Assembly: GCA_947631245.1 (NCBI GenBank)
Contig: CANRKP010000003.1
Span: forward strand, 18,727 to 82,726
Source: an uncultured Clostridia bacterium
GTDB taxonomy: Bacteria > Bacillota > Clostridia > Oscillospirales > CAG-272
Reading direction: 5' to 3'
DNA: 64,000 nucleotides
A program made the translations under genes and the position numbers. Under the pieces are notes generated by a model, which was not told where the DNA came from, did no database searches, and saw only the letters and a list, made by a program, of their open reading frames with translations. Numbering within the stretch: the stretch's first letter is position 1; every line of letters begins with the position of its first letter. Below are positions 9,015-19,323 of this stretch, one piece after another.

Positions 9015-10439
9015 TTATTTCATTGCCGGAATTTTCGCCGTCATTTCGTTCTCGCCGTCACAAATAAGGGAGAAAGTATATACAGGTTGGAAGAAGCCCT
9101 TCGAGTCTGTCTCGTATTCGAGCGAGCATGACGTGACCTCTGCATTTTCGGGCGACAGATATTCAAACATCATCCCGTCAAATCTCCCGCGTTCGAGGCG
9201 CGACAGCGCCTCCTCGGCCGAAATGATCTCCTCCTCGGCACAAAGCTCGCATTCGCACATATGGTCGGCGACGCTCTTCAGCCTCACGCCGCCGCCCGCT
9301 TCCTCGCACCTTATCCGCAGCCATCCGGCGACGCCGCCGTCCCCTCTCCTTTCGAGCCGGAACATATACGCGCCCGTGCCGACGTTTTCAAACGACGCCC
9401 CCTCCGGCACCTCTATCCCGTAAGACAAGAGAAGCGCCCGCGCTTCGTCCTCCGCGACGGAGGCGGCGTTCCCGCTGCCGGTGCCGTAGATTTCTATCCT
9501 TCTGCTCCCATCCGCGTAATACACATAGACTGACGCCGTCTTGTGGTCTGACACAAACACGCCGTCGTCGTAAACGCCGATATCGAGCTCGTCGATCTCC
9601 TCCTCGCCGACGCCGAGCCTTTCGAAAAAGCTCCGCGCCGCCTCGATGCATTCGTCCTGCCCCGCTCCCTTTGCGCGGTAGAGCGGCACACTCCCCTCCG
9701 TCTTGGGCAGTCGGCATGAGAGCTCCCACTTGACCCCGCGCGTGTCCGCGTAATATGACGGCGCGCACGCGAGGTTCCCATACGGCTTGATGAAGTAAAC
9801 GGCGAACGCTGCCGCCGCCGCGAGCACCGAAAGCGCCGGCACCGAAAGCGCTGCCGCCGCGCGGCGCGCCCTGTGCTCCCTCTCCCCGCTGTCCGCAAAC
9901 GACAAGACCGCCGTCACGACGCCGTAACCGATGAGCGCGCCGAGAAAATTCGCGAACAGGTCGTCGACGTCGAACGTCCCGCGGTGCGCGAACAGCTGCG
10001 TGAACTCTATCGCAAACGTCGAGGCGAAAAACACGCCTATCGCCGCATACCACCGCCTGAAAAATTTTGCCGCGAGCGGCAGAAGAGCCCCGAGCGGGAA
10101 AAACATCGCAACGTTCAAAAGCACGTTCGACCAGTTCTTGAACGAAAAATTGTTCCACGCCTCGCGCCACGCGCGGAACAGATGCAGGTTCGCCCGCCCC
10201 CCGTATGTCGACGGGCGCATGACGGTGAGATAAGCGACTGCCGCCACCCAACACAATAGCATCGCCGTCGAGACGGCGCGCCCGAGCGGGAATTTTTTCG
10301 CGTTCGGGTCTCCCCTCTTAACATATCCGTATATTCCCGCCGCGAGGAATATGACAAAGGCGCAGCCTGCCGCCGCAATTATCGCAAAGCCTAAAGCTCC
10401 CTTGAGCTCTGACAGTATAAATCTCAGAAATTCGTTCAT
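9015..10439 (-). CDS. VanZ-family membrane protein with large C-terminal extracytoplasmic domain
   Basis: Internal ATG 10439 behind an AAGGGGAG RBS. VanZ signature FFPLGALLP..EFTQLF..RGTFDVDDL..N..GALIGY, followed by about 270 aa of non-membrane sequence. Confidence 0.8.
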   Translation of the reverse strand: MNEFLRFILSELKGALGFAIIAAAGCAFVIFLAAGIYGYVKRGDPNAKKFPLGRAVSTAMLLCWVAAVAYLTVMRPSTYGGRANLHLFRAWREAWNNFSFKNWSNVLLNVAMFFPLGALLPLAAKFFRRWYAAIGVFFASTFAIEFTQLFAHRGTFDVDDLFANFLGALIGYGVVTAVLSFADSGEREHRARRAAAALSVPALSVLAAAAAFAVYFIKPYGNLACAPSYYADTRGVKWELSCRLPKTEGSVPLYRAKGAGQDECIEAARSFFERLGVGEEEIDELDIGVYDDGVFVSDHKTASVYVYYADGSRRIEIYGTGSGNAASVAEDEARALLLSYGIEVPEGASFENVGTGAYMFRLERRGDGGVAGWLRIRCEEAGGGVRLKSVADHMCECELCAEEEIISAEEALSRLERGRFDGMMFEYLSPENAEVTSCSLEYETDSKGFFQPVYTFSLICDGENEMTAKIPAMK

Positions 10440-10550
10440 GCTCCCCTTGCTCAAATGTACTACTTGAAATAGAACACTTATATCATACACCTTTGCCCCC
10501 GCCGTGTCAACCCCCGAGGGAAAAGTTTTTTGCGCCGCCCGAATTTGCCG

Positions 10551-10587
10551 CAAAAAAATCGGGAGGGGATTTTTCTTTCCCCTCCCG
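10551..10587 (-). terminator. rho-independent terminator of the aldo/keto reductase gene
   Basis: On the minus strand, CGGGAGGGGA-8 nt-TCCCCTCCCG followed by ATTTTTTTG. Confidence 0.75.
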
Positions 10588-10593
10588 AATTTT

Positions 10594-11583
10594 CTATTTT
10601 TTCAATATTTCCTCAATTTTTGAAAGCTCCTCTTCCGAGAACGGCGCGCCTTTTGTCGCGGCGAAATTTGCCCTTATCTGCTCCGGACGGCTCGCGCCGA
10701 CGAGAACGGACGTTATCTCCTCCCGCCTCAATACCCACGAAAGCGCCATTGCCGCAAGCGTCTGCCCGCGCGCCTCGGCGAGCTCTCCGAGCGCCTTCAC
10801 CTTTGAAATAAGCTCCGGCGTTATCGAATCGCCGCGCAGAAATCTGTTTTTCGCCGCGCGGCTGTCGCCCGGAATGCCGTCAAGATACCTGTCTGACAAA
10901 ACGCCCTGCGCGAGCGGCGAAAAGCATATGACGCCCGCGCCGACATCCCTGCATGTCTCGGGTATCCTTTCGCGCTCGATATGCCTGTCGAGCATACTGT
11001 ACCGCACCTGATTTATGAGCAGCGGCGTGCGGTTTTCGCGCAGTATCTCCGCGATCCTCCGCGTCCGCTCGCTGTCATAATTCGATATGCCGACGTAGAG
11101 CGCCTTTCCCGAGCGCACGATGTCGGAAAGGGCCTCCGCCGTCTCCTCGAGCGGAGTTTCGTAATCGGGTCTGTGATGATAAAATATATCCACATACCCG
11201 AGCTTCATGCGGGAGAGCGACTGATCTATGCTCGCCGTAAGGTGCTTGCGCGAGCCGAAGTTTCCGTAAGGTCCCGGCCACATGTCGTAGCCCGCCTTCG
11301 TCGAGATTATCATCTCGTCGCGGTACGGCCTCATATCGCGCTCCATTATCCTGCCGAAGTTCTCCTCCGCCGCGCCGTACACGGGTCCGTAGTTGTTCGC
11401 GAGGTCAAAATGCGTTATCCCAAAATCAAACGCGGTATGCACCATGTCCTGCATATTGTCAAAGCTGTCCGCCGAGCCGAAATTATGCCACAGCCCAAGC
11501 GAAATTTCGGGCAATAAAAGTCCGCTCTTCCCGCAGCGGCGGTACCGCATCTCTTCGTATCGCTTCCCGTCCGCAGTATACAT
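10594..11583 (-). CDS. aldo/keto reductase (YghZ/Gpr-like)
   Basis: 329 aa. MRYRRCGKSGLLLPEISLGLWHNFG, the typical AKR N-terminus, and a full-length barrel. Confidence 0.9.
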   Translation of the reverse strand: MYTADGKRYEEMRYRRCGKSGLLLPEISLGLWHNFGSADSFDNMQDMVHTAFDFGITHFDLANNYGPVYGAAEENFGRIMERDMRPYRDEMIISTKAGYDMWPGPYGNFGSRKHLTASIDQSLSRMKLGYVDIFYHHRPDYETPLEETAEALSDIVRSGKALYVGISNYDSERTRRIAEILRENRTPLLINQVRYSMLDRHIERERIPETCRDVGAGVICFSPLAQGVLSDRYLDGIPGDSRAAKNRFLRGDSITPELISKVKALGELAEARGQTLAAMALSWVLRREEITSVLVGASRPEQIRANFAATKGAPFSEEELSKIEEILKK

Positions 11584-11601
11584 GCGACAGTCCCCCCGTT
11601 T

Positions 11602-12963
11602 TTAGTTTTTGAGGCTCTGTATCGGCGCCGGTATTCTGCCGCCGCGCTTCACGAACACGGAGGGCGAATATGTATTCACCTCCATGACGGGCGCGGTTCC
11701 GAGCAGCCCGCCGAACGAGAGCTCGTCGCCTACGGTTTTGCCGTATGCGGGGATGAGGCGCACGGCAGTCGTCTTGCTGTTGACGACGCCTATCGCCATT
11801 TCGTCCGCTATTATTCCCGATATGACCTCGGCGGGCGTGTCCCCCGGGATCGCTATCATGTCGAGCCCGACGGAGCAGACCGCCGTCATCGCCTCGAGCT
11901 TTTCTATCGTGAGCGCGCCGCAGGCGGCGGCGTCTATCATGCCCGCGTCCTCGGAGACGGGTATGAACGCGCCCGAAAGCCCGCCGACGTGCGAGCTCGC
12001 CATGACGCCGCCCTTTTTGACCGCGTCGTTCAGCATTGCGAGCGCCGCCGTCGTTCCGTGCGCGCCGCAGCGCTCGAGCCCTATCTCCTCGAGGATGTGA
12101 GCGACAGAATCTCCGACGGCGGGCGTCGGCGCGAGAGAAAGGTCAACGATGCCGAACGGCACGCCTAACATCTCTGCCGCCTCTGTCGCTATGAGCTGTC
12201 CGACGCGCGTTATCTTGAACGCCGTCTTCTTTATCGTCTCGGCGACTGCCGTCAGATCGCACTCGCCCGCGCGCCTTATCGCCGCCGCGACGACGCCGGG
12301 TCCCGAAACTCCGACGTTGATGACGTGCTCCGCCTCGCCCGTCCCGTGGAACGCGCCCGCCATGAACGGGTTGTCCTCAGGCACGTTCGCGAAGACGACG
12401 AGCTTCGCGCACCCGATCGAGGCGCTTTCGCGCGTGAGATACGAAGTCTCTTTTATGACCTCTCCCATGCGGCGCACGGCGTCCATGTTTATGCCCGCCT
12501 TCGTCGATGCGACGTTTACCGACGAGCAGACCTTCCCCGTCCCGGCGAGCGCCTCGGGGATGCTGTCTATGAGCAGCTTTGCCGAGTTGATCTCTCCCTT
12601 CTGCACCATCGCGCTGTATCCGCCGATAAAGTTGATGCCGAGCGCGTCCGCCGCGCGGTCGAGGGTTTTCGCAATAAGAACGCAGTCGTCGGTCGAATGG
12701 AGCCCGCCCGCCATGTAAGATATGGGCGTGACCGAGACGCGGCTGTTTATTATCGGTATTCCGTACCGCTTTTCGAGCGTGCGGGTGACCTCCGTGAGCC
12801 TGCCCGCGCTCCTTGTTATCTTGTCGTATATCTTGTCCGCGAGCCGTTTTGTGTCGTCGCTCTGGCAGTCGTAAAGGGAGATCCCCATCGTCACCGTTCT
12901 GATGTCGAGGTTCTCCTCCTTTATCATGTTGACGGTCTCGCGTATCGCGCCTACGTTAAGCAT
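11602..12963 (-). CDS. UPF0210 / DUF711 (PFL-like) protein
   Basis: 453 aa. [27 protein letters not shown] matches the conserved UPF0210 N-terminus. Confidence 0.9.
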   Translation of the reverse strand: MLNVGAIRETVNMIKEENLDIRTVTMGISLYDCQSDDTKRLADKIYDKITRSAGRLTEVTRTLEKRYGIPIINSRVSVTPISYMAGGLHSTDDCVLIAKTLDRAADALGINFIGGYSAMVQKGEINSAKLLIDSIPEALAGTGKVCSSVNVASTKAGINMDAVRRMGEVIKETSYLTRESASIGCAKLVVFANVPEDNPFMAGAFHGTGEAEHVINVGVSGPGVVAAAIRRAGECDLTAVAETIKKTAFKITRVGQLIATEAAEMLGVPFGIVDLSLAPTPAVGDSVAHILEEIGLERCGAHGTTAALAMLNDAVKKGGVMASSHVGGLSGAFIPVSEDAGMIDAAACGALTIEKLEAMTAVCSVGLDMIAIPGDTPAEVISGIIADEMAIGVVNSKTTAVRLIPAYGKTVGDELSFGGLLGTAPVMEVNTYSPSVFVKRGGRIPAPIQSLKN

Positions 12964-12979
12964 ATGCGTCAGCTCCGTT

Positions 12980-13249
12980 TCAGATCTCGTGCATCGAGTT
13001 GAAGATGTTCTCGTGCATGACGTGTATCTCGAGGCTGCGCTCGCGCCCGTGCTTTTCCATCGCGTCGACGAAGTCGGAAAAGTCGCAGGTGAGGTGCGCT
13101 ATATCCACTATCATTATCATGACGAAATACTCTGCGAGCACCGACTGCGTTATCTCGCTGATGTTGACGCCGTACCGCGCGCACTCGGCGGAGATTCCCG
13201 CTATTATCCCTATGCTGTCGCAGCCGACGACGGTTATTACCGCTTTCAT
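12980..13249 (-). CDS. ACT-domain protein UPF0237
   Basis: Internal ATG 13249: [38 protein letters not shown], about 89 aa. This is the usual partner of UPF0210. Confidence 0.85.
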   Translation of the reverse strand: MKAVITVVGCDSIGIIAGISAECARYGVNISEITQSVLAEYFVMIMIVDIAHLTCDFSDFVDAMEKHGRERSLEIHVMHENIFNSMHEI

Positions 13250-13335
13250 TCGTTTTTTGTTTCCTTTCACCGCGCCGTCTTCGGCGCGTCTACACAATCA
13301 TACCACACCGCGAGGAAAAAAACAAGGCACACCCT

Positions 13336-15630
13336 TTATTCTTCTCCGTACACGGAGAAATACTTCGTTTTGTTCTCCCCGAACATGAAATCCGCTGTCG
13401 ACTGCGAGGCGTAGACCGCGCGCGTGTCCTCGCCGAGCCCGTATCCCGCGCCGCTCTTGTATACGGGACCGTGGATGCCGAAGATGACGGTATCGGCGCC
13501 GCGGCACATCTCGGCGGCACTTTCGTATATCCCGCTCTCGTGAACCGAGGCGCCGATGTACGTCACGCGCATGTCCTCCGTATCGAACACGGCGGCGAGC
13601 ACCGGATGCGTCGACCGCGATATCACCGTCCTCGGAAACGTGCCGACCGTGACCGAGCCGAACGTCTCCGCGTCCCCGCGCGAGTACGTCAGAACACCGG
13701 CGCCGCAGTCTTTTGCGAGCTCCGAGAGCTCGTCGTATATCTGCCTCTCGTCCTCTGTCTCGGGCTCGGGCAGCCACAACTCGCGGACGTATTCGCGCCC
13801 GAAGAGCTTCGAGAGCGTCGATATGTGGCGGCGGTGCAGGTGGGTGAGCATATAGACCGCGATCCGCTCGGCGCCCGACTCCTTCCCTTTCTCGACGGCG
13901 AGCGACGTCGGCGTCCACGAGCCGTCTGAAATATCGCATATGAGGAGCCGCATCCCATCCGTGACGGCAAAGGCGTCGTTCTTCCCGTAATTCACATAGG
14001 CGACCGCGTCGTTTTTGAACGTGTGCGCGTGCACGGTCGCGGCGGCGCAGACGACGAAAAACGAGAGCGCCGCAAGCGATACGGAACACACGGCGCCGCG
14101 CCGTCCGAGCACGAGGGCGGCAAAAAGGCATCCCGCCGTGAAAAAGCACACTCCGAGCGCCGCATCGGAAAGCGGTATTCCCGCGCCGTCTATGCGCGAC
14201 AGAAGAGACGCCACACTCTCCGTGACGCGGCAGAGCGCGCCGCACACGGTCGACAGCGGCGAGCATATAAACGGCACACCCGCCGTCAGAACTATAACGG
14301 GCGAAAGATACAGTATCCCCGTCACCGGCAGCGTCAGAAGCAGCGTCGAGAGGGGCGAGAGCAGAGACACGCGACCGAATTCGAGCCACATCGTCGGCAG
14401 CGTAAACAACAGCGCCGCAAACGAAACCGCGAGCGAGGACGCCGCCCACCCGATGAAAGACGCAGAGATTTTTCCGGGCTTCCCGCGCGACGAAAGCCCC
14501 GCGAGCGCGCGCTTCAATGCGCCCGAAACAAAAATTTTGTTTGCAAAAAGGCATCCGAGCATGGCGGTCACAGACAGTAAAAGCCCGACATCCCCCGCCG
14601 ACGCCGGCGAGACGACCATTATGACCGCCGCGGCGACGAAGAGAGACGTCACGCTGTCGGGCGTCCGCCTCACGAAATACGCGGCGTAGAAGAGGATGAG
14701 CATCAGCCCCGCCCTCGTGACGGACGCCGAAAAGCCCGTCAGCGCCATATAAAGCACGGTGAGAAGTATTAAGACCGCGTTCTTCCGCTTCCTGTTCAAA
14801 AACGTGCCAAGCAGCCTGTCGGCGGCGCCGATCAGCACCGTCAGATGAAGACCCGAGACCGCGAGCAGATGGACCGCGCCTATGTATTTGAAATCACGGT
14901 ACAGCGAGTCCCCTATTCCGTCCCTGTCGCCGACAAGGAGCGCCTGCGGCAGCCCGCCGCCTCCCTTCCCGTCGACCGCGCCGCCGAGAATTTCCGATAT
15001 TCTTTCCCTCGCCTTGGCAAAGAATATCTCCGTTTTCCCAAGGAGCCCCGGCGCGTCCCCTGTGCCCGCCTTTATCATTTCGGGATTCTGCACCGTCACT
15101 TTCACGCGCACGCCGCGCGGCGTGTAGTAAGCCCTCTCGTCAAAGCTGCCGTCGACACCGAGCGCGGAATAGACAACGTCCGCGGTGAACACGTCGCCGA
15201 CGGCGAGCCCCGCGTCAAACTCCGCCTCGAGCAGCGCGCCCGCGCGACCGGTCCCGCGCTCCGTTTTCGTCAGCGTCACCGTATACGACGAGCCGAAGCC
15301 CGTTTCATAAACGACGCCCGTCACATATCCCGAAACTCTCCCGTCCTCCCCGTCGAGCGCATCGTATGAGGCAAAGACGATGTCGAAGAACAAAAACGAG
15401 ACCGACAGCGCCGCCGCAACTGCAAGCGCGAGCGAGGCGGCGCGCGGGCGCAGCTTTTTCACGCGCTCCGGCACGGGAAAAGCCGCCGCGGCGAAAAATA
15501 TCGCGGCGGCGGCAGCCGTCAGAAGCAAAAGGATGATCTTTTCTCTTCCGTTCAAATTGTAAGCGAGCGCCGAGACCGCGGCAAAGAGCGCGCAGAACGC
15601 CGCGAGCGGACGCGCCTCAAACAGCCGCAT
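13336..15630 (-). CDS. comEC: DNA internalization competence protein ComEC/Rec2 with C-terminal metallo-beta-lactamase domain
   Basis: 764 aa, polytopic membrane core (..GAVHLLAVSGLHL..) plus a C-terminal HLHRRH-type MBL motif. Confidence 0.9.
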   Translation of the reverse strand: MRLFEARPLAAFCALFAAVSALAYNLNGREKIILLLLTAAAAAIFFAAAAFPVPERVKKLRPRAASLALAVAAALSVSFLFFDIVFASYDALDGEDGRVSGYVTGVVYETGFGSSYTVTLTKTERGTGRAGALLEAEFDAGLAVGDVFTADVVYSALGVDGSFDERAYYTPRGVRVKVTVQNPEMIKAGTGDAPGLLGKTEIFFAKARERISEILGGAVDGKGGGGLPQALLVGDRDGIGDSLYRDFKYIGAVHLLAVSGLHLTVLIGAADRLLGTFLNRKRKNAVLILLTVLYMALTGFSASVTRAGLMLILFYAAYFVRRTPDSVTSLFVAAAVIMVVSPASAGDVGLLLSVTAMLGCLFANKIFVSGALKRALAGLSSRGKPGKISASFIGWAASSLAVSFAALLFTLPTMWLEFGRVSLLSPLSTLLLTLPVTGILYLSPVIVLTAGVPFICSPLSTVCGALCRVTESVASLLSRIDGAGIPLSDAALGVCFFTAGCLFAALVLGRRGAVCSVSLAALSFFVVCAAATVHAHTFKNDAVAYVNYGKNDAFAVTDGMRLLICDISDGSWTPTSLAVEKGKESGAERIAVYMLTHLHRRHISTLSKLFGREYVRELWLPEPETEDERQIYDELSELAKDCGAGVLTYSRGDAETFGSVTVGTFPRTVISRSTHPVLAAVFDTEDMRVTYIGASVHESGIYESAAEMCRGADTVIFGIHGPVYKSGAGYGLGEDTRAVYASQSTADFMFGENKTKYFSVYGEE

Positions 15631-16489
15631 TTCTTGCGAGCCTTTTCTTATGCGCCGTCCTCAATGCCGATATCGCGCAAACGACAGCGAAAATGACAAG
15701 GTCTACGGCAACGACGGACGCCCCCACCGGCAGCGAAAGCACGCAAGAGACGGCAAATCCGACAAGAAAGCCGAGCACCGAGACTGTGCCCGAGACGGCG
15801 AGCACGCCCGCGAAGCTGCGGCAGAGCCGCATTGCCGTCAGCGCCGGAAAAACAACCAGCGCCGATATCATCAGCGAGCCTATCATCTTCATCCCGACGA
15901 CGACCGTCACGGCGACGAGCGCCGCGACGGCGAGCTTGTACGCCCAGACGTTTATGCCCGACGCGAAAGAGAACACGTCGTCAAACGTAACGGAAAAAAT
16001 CTTCGCATAAAACAGAAGAAAAAACGCGGCGACGGCGGCGGCGAGCAGAAGTGAGAGCCAAAGGTCCCTGTCCGTTATCGTCAATATCGACGCGGAGCCG
16101 AAAAGGCTCGAACACATATCCGCCGTGTACCCCGTCGTGAAGCTGAATATCAGAACGCCCGCCGTCATCATTCCCGTCGATATGACGGCGACGGCGGCGT
16201 CGCCGCCGAGCGCGCCGCTCTCCGACAGCCACATGAGCAAAAGCGCCGTCGCCATCACTATCGGTATCGAGACCTCGGTTTTGAGGTCGCCCGCCCCGCA
16301 GAGCGTCGCCGCGGCGAGCGCGCCGAAGCCCGCGTGCGCGAGCCCGTCGCCTATCATCGACATGCGGCGGAGCACCATCGTGACGCCGAGCACGGACGCC
16401 GAGAGCGACACCGCAGCGCCTACGATGAGCGCGCGGACTATTATTCGTGATATGACAGGGTCGGAAAGAAGCTCAAATATCATCTTCAT
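15617..16489 (-). CDS. metal (Zn/Mn-type) ABC transporter permease
   Basis: 290 aa, ZnuB/MntB-like polytopic protein. The stop overlaps the comEC start by 14 nt. Confidence 0.85.
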   Translation of the reverse strand: MKMIFELLSDPVISRIIVRALIVGAAVSLSASVLGVTMVLRRMSMIGDGLAHAGFGALAAATLCGAGDLKTEVSIPIVMATALLLMWLSESGALGGDAAVAVISTGMMTAGVLIFSFTTGYTADMCSSLFGSASILTITDRDLWLSLLLAAAVAAFFLLFYAKIFSVTFDDVFSFASGINVWAYKLAVAALVAVTVVVGMKMIGSLMISALVVFPALTAMRLCRSFAGVLAVSGTVSVLGFLVGFAVSCVLSLPVGASVVAVDLVIFAVVCAISALRTAHKKRLARNAAV

Positions 16490-16506
16490 ATTGCGTTTTT
16501 GCCTTT

Positions 16507-17202
16507 TTATTCTCCCGCCTTCCCGCGGAAGTAAGGGGAGGAGATATATTCCTGCCGCGTGCCGAAAAACGTCTTGTCGCGTCCTATATAAAGGACGTGC
16601 CCCGCCTCGCTCGACAGCGCGTCCATATCGTGGGACACCATTATGACAGTCACCCCGTCGTCGCGGTTGAGGCTGCCGACGGTCGCGTAAAGCTCTGCCG
16701 CCGCCTCTGGGTCAAGCCCCGTCGCGGGCTCGTCGAGCAAAAGAAGCGTCCGCGTCGCGCAGAGCGCCCGCGCGAGCAGCACTCGCTGCTGCTGACCGCC
16801 CGAAAGCTCGCGGTAGCTCTTTTTTTCGATGTCGTGTATGTGGAGCCGCATCATCGCCGCGTGCGCCCGCTCCCTGTCGGCGCGCGTGTAGAACGGATGA
16901 AATCCCGACGACACGCAGCCCGAGGTCACGACCTCGCGCACAGACGCCGGAAAATCGCGCTGCACCTCCGTTTTCTGCGGGAGATATCCGATGCCGCGCC
17001 GCGTCAGCCCGTCGCCGTATCTTATCGTGCCGGAGAGCGGGGAGATGAGCCCCAAAAGCCCCTTGACGAGCGTCGACTTGCCGGAGCCGTTCTCGCCGAT
17101 TATGAAAAGGTAGTCCCCCTTCGATACGGTCATGTCGACCCCGCGGACGGCGACGTCCCCGCCGTAGCCGAGCGTCACCCCGCGGCATTCTATCAGCGCC
17201 AT
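16507..17202 (-). CDS. metal ABC transporter ATP-binding protein
   Basis: GENGSGKST Walker A, LSGGQQQR signature, LLLLDEP Walker B. Confidence 0.9.
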   Translation of the reverse strand: MALIECRGVTLGYGGDVAVRGVDMTVSKGDYLFIIGENGSGKSTLVKGLLGLISPLSGTIRYGDGLTRRGIGYLPQKTEVQRDFPASVREVVTSGCVSSGFHPFYTRADRERAHAAMMRLHIHDIEKKSYRELSGGQQQRVLLARALCATRTLLLLDEPATGLDPEAAAELYATVGSLNRDDGVTVIMVSHDMDALSSEAGHVLYIGRDKTFFGTRQEYISSPYFRGKAGE

Positions 17203-18119
17203 TACGAAAGCACCTCCGAAAGATTTTCCGCATTTTCCGCGAACAGGTCAGGAAGCGTCACGCCCGCCTCGAAGTCCTCGCGCGACACGTTGTGGCACGA
17301 GTGGAGCAGCAGCTCGCCGCACCCCGCAGCGTCCGCTATCGCGTCCGCGGTCTTATGCTCGGAAAATTCGATATAGAAAACATATGGTATGCCGTCCTCT
17401 CTTACGAGCTCTATAAGCCCCGCGACCTTTGAAACGGACGGCTCCTGACCGACGGAGCAGCCGCCGAGCGCCTCGGCGTGCGCGATGCCGTAATCCTCAA
17501 AAAGGCTGTCGAACGGGAACCTGTCTGCAATAACGACCGTTTTGCCGTTTGCCGCAGCCGCTTTCGCGATATCCTCAAGCTGCCCGTCGGCAATTGCGAG
17601 CTTTTTTTCGTACTCGTCGGCGCGTGCGTGGTATCCGTCCTCGCCGTCGGGGTCGAGGCGCACGAGCGCCTCTTCTATATAGCGGAGCATCACGATGTCA
17701 TTTTTCGGCGACGTCCAAATGTGCTCGTCGTCCGTCTCTTTATCTCCGAGCGCGTCGAGAAGAGAAAACGACTCGACGCCCGAGCCCGATACGGTATCCG
17801 CCAGCGACTGCGCCCACGGGTCTATGTCGCCGCCCGCGTAAATGAATAGGTCGGCTCCCGATACGGCGGCGACGTCCGCGACCGAGGGCTCGTATGTGTG
17901 CGCCTCGGAGCCGGGCGGGACGAGCATTAACATCTCGACGCGATCTCCGCCGACCGCCCGCGCCATGTCGTACTGCGGAAATATCGTCGTGACGACGCGC
18001 AGCTTATCCCCGCCGCAGCTTTGATTTCCGCCCGCCGCGCGCCCACAGGAGACGAGCGAAAGCGCGAGCGCCGCAAAAAACATGATCCGCGCGAAGAATG
18101 TGAAAAGACCTTTTCTCAT
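17202..18119 (-). CDS. metal ABC transporter substrate-binding lipoprotein (ZnuA/AdcA-like)
   Basis: Internal ATG 18119: MRKGLFTFFARIMFFAALALSLVSCG lipobox, with DDEHIWTSPKN typical of cluster-9 binding proteins. The track N-terminal extension is Arg-rich. Confidence 0.85.
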   Translation of the reverse strand: MRKGLFTFFARIMFFAALALSLVSCGRAAGGNQSCGGDKLRVVTTIFPQYDMARAVGGDRVEMLMLVPPGSEAHTYEPSVADVAAVSGADLFIYAGGDIDPWAQSLADTVSGSGVESFSLLDALGDKETDDEHIWTSPKNDIVMLRYIEEALVRLDPDGEDGYHARADEYEKKLAIADGQLEDIAKAAAANGKTVVIADRFPFDSLFEDYGIAHAEALGGCSVGQEPSVSKVAGLIELVREDGIPYVFYIEFSEHKTADAIADAAGCGELLLHSCHNVSREDFEAGVTLPDLFAENAENLSEVLS

Positions 18120-18517
18120 CCGTTTTCCTTCTTCGCTTCGCATTCGCCGCATATCCCGTATATCGTCGTGTGTACGGCGTCGACGCGGAAGCCGTGCTCC
18201 TTTTCGATATGCTCCACCATCTCGCCGATGACGTGGCATTCGGTGTGGAACACGCGCCCGCAGGAAAGGCAGCGGAGATGGAAATGAGACTCGCAGCTCT
18301 CCCCCTCGACGTACTGGTACATCGCGCCGGCGCCGTCGCCGGAGACGTATTTTTTCACTTTTCCTTCTTCGACGAACCGCGCAAGCGCGCGGTAAACGGT
18401 CGCCTCGCCGACAGAAAGCCCGCTCTCCGCGATAAGCTCGCGCACCGTGAAGCAGCTGTCCGGATGCGAGCTCATATAATCAAGGATCCCCGCCCTCTGC
18501 TTTGTCGAGTAACCCAT
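18116..18517 (-). CDS. Fur-family metalloregulator (Zur-like by context)
   Basis: 133 aa with a winged helix, then HFHLRCLSCG...GICGECE (CxxC..CxxC). 4-nt overlap with the binding-protein gene. Confidence 0.85.
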   Translation of the reverse strand: MGYSTKQRAGILDYMSSHPDSCFTVRELIAESGLSVGEATVYRALARFVEEGKVKKYVSGDGAGAMYQYVEGESCESHFHLRCLSCGRVFHTECHVIGEMVEHIEKEHGFRVDAVHTTIYGICGECEAKKENG

Positions 18518-18594
18518 ATAAAAACTGCCTCCGAAGCCTTATTTTGAGGCGGCAAAAATGAAACTGAAAATGATTGTCGCTCTCAATTTACAAT

Positions 18595-18623
18595 ATATTA
18601 TCACACAATTTTTGTTTTTTCAA
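18595..18623 (-). promoter_or_regulatory. sigma-A-type promoter of the Fur-family/ABC operon (TTGAAA-17-TAATAT)
   Basis: On the minus strand, TTGAAA at 18623-18618 and TAATAT at 18600-18595. Confidence 0.5.
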
Positions 18624-18643
18624 GCGGTATTCGTGAAAAAAGC

Positions 18644-18679
18644 AAAAAAAGAGAACGCCGCTCCGTGAAAAGCGGCGTT
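18644..18679 (-). terminator. rho-independent terminator of the zinc-ribbon membrane protein gene
   Basis: On the minus strand, AACGCCGCT-loop-AGCGGCGTT followed by CTCTTTTTTT. Confidence 0.7.
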
Positions 18680-18714
18680 TTGACGCCCGACCGGGGCGGC
18701 GTTTTTTCAAAATC

Positions 18715-19323
18715 TCATTTCAGAAATCCTATGCTGCGGATTATGTACGGCTCGACCGCGCGACCGCGGCATATCTGCACGAAAGTGATGATGCGGCAGA
18801 CGACGAGCGCCACCGAAAATACCGCATATGCTATCGGGACTATTATCGTCCAAAAGAGCACAACGGAGGCGATGAGCGCGAGCATCCCCACGACCTCGAA
18901 TTTGATCGCCTGCCTGACATGGAACGACACGAATTTCGACGACGGGCACGCGAGCAGCGCGATTATTATTCCGACTGCTCCGAGCAGATAGCAAAGCATT
19001 GCGTATACCTTGTTGTCCGATACGTCCTTGCCGTCAAACTCCGCCGTGTGATCATAAGGGTCGAAGGCGGGTGCCTGGGGCTGATACTGCGGCATCGGAG
19101 GGATCTGACCCTGCGGTATCTGAGGTCTAGGCGGCATCGGCGGCGTCGGGGGCGTCTGAGGCATAGTATATGGCGGCGTCTGAGGCATCTTTTGTTCGGG
19201 CGGCGTCTGAGGCGCGGACGGCGCATTTTCTGCACGGGATACATTTTCGACATTCGTCCCGCAGTTCCGGCAGAGAACTTCGCCGTCGTCTATGGGACCG
19301 CCGCAGTTAGGACATGTTTTCAT
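18715..19323 (-). CDS. zinc-ribbon / proline-rich / DUF4870-like membrane protein
   Basis: MKTCPNCGGPIDDGEVLCRNCG zinc ribbon, a PQTPP-rich linker, and C-terminal TM helices (YAMLCYLLGAVGIIIALL..). Confidence 0.8.
   Translation of the reverse strand: MKTCPNCGGPIDDGEVLCRNCGTNVENVSRAENAPSAPQTPPEQKMPQTPPYTMPQTPPTPPMPPRPQIPQGQIPPMPQYQPQAPAFDPYDHTAEFDGKDVSDNKVYAMLCYLLGAVGIIIALLACPSSKFVSFHVRQAIKFEVVGMLALIASVVLFWTIIVPIAYAVFSVALVVCRIITFVQICRGRAVEPYIIRSIGFLK

Noticed and set aside
18550-18600. Zur/Fur box upstream of the Fur-family regulator gene
   Set aside because: I found only weak, imperfect inverted repeats (AAATTGA-N9-TCATTTT; TGATAAT-at-ATTGTAA around the -10). They do not match the Zur or Fur consensus I remember well enough to call an operator.
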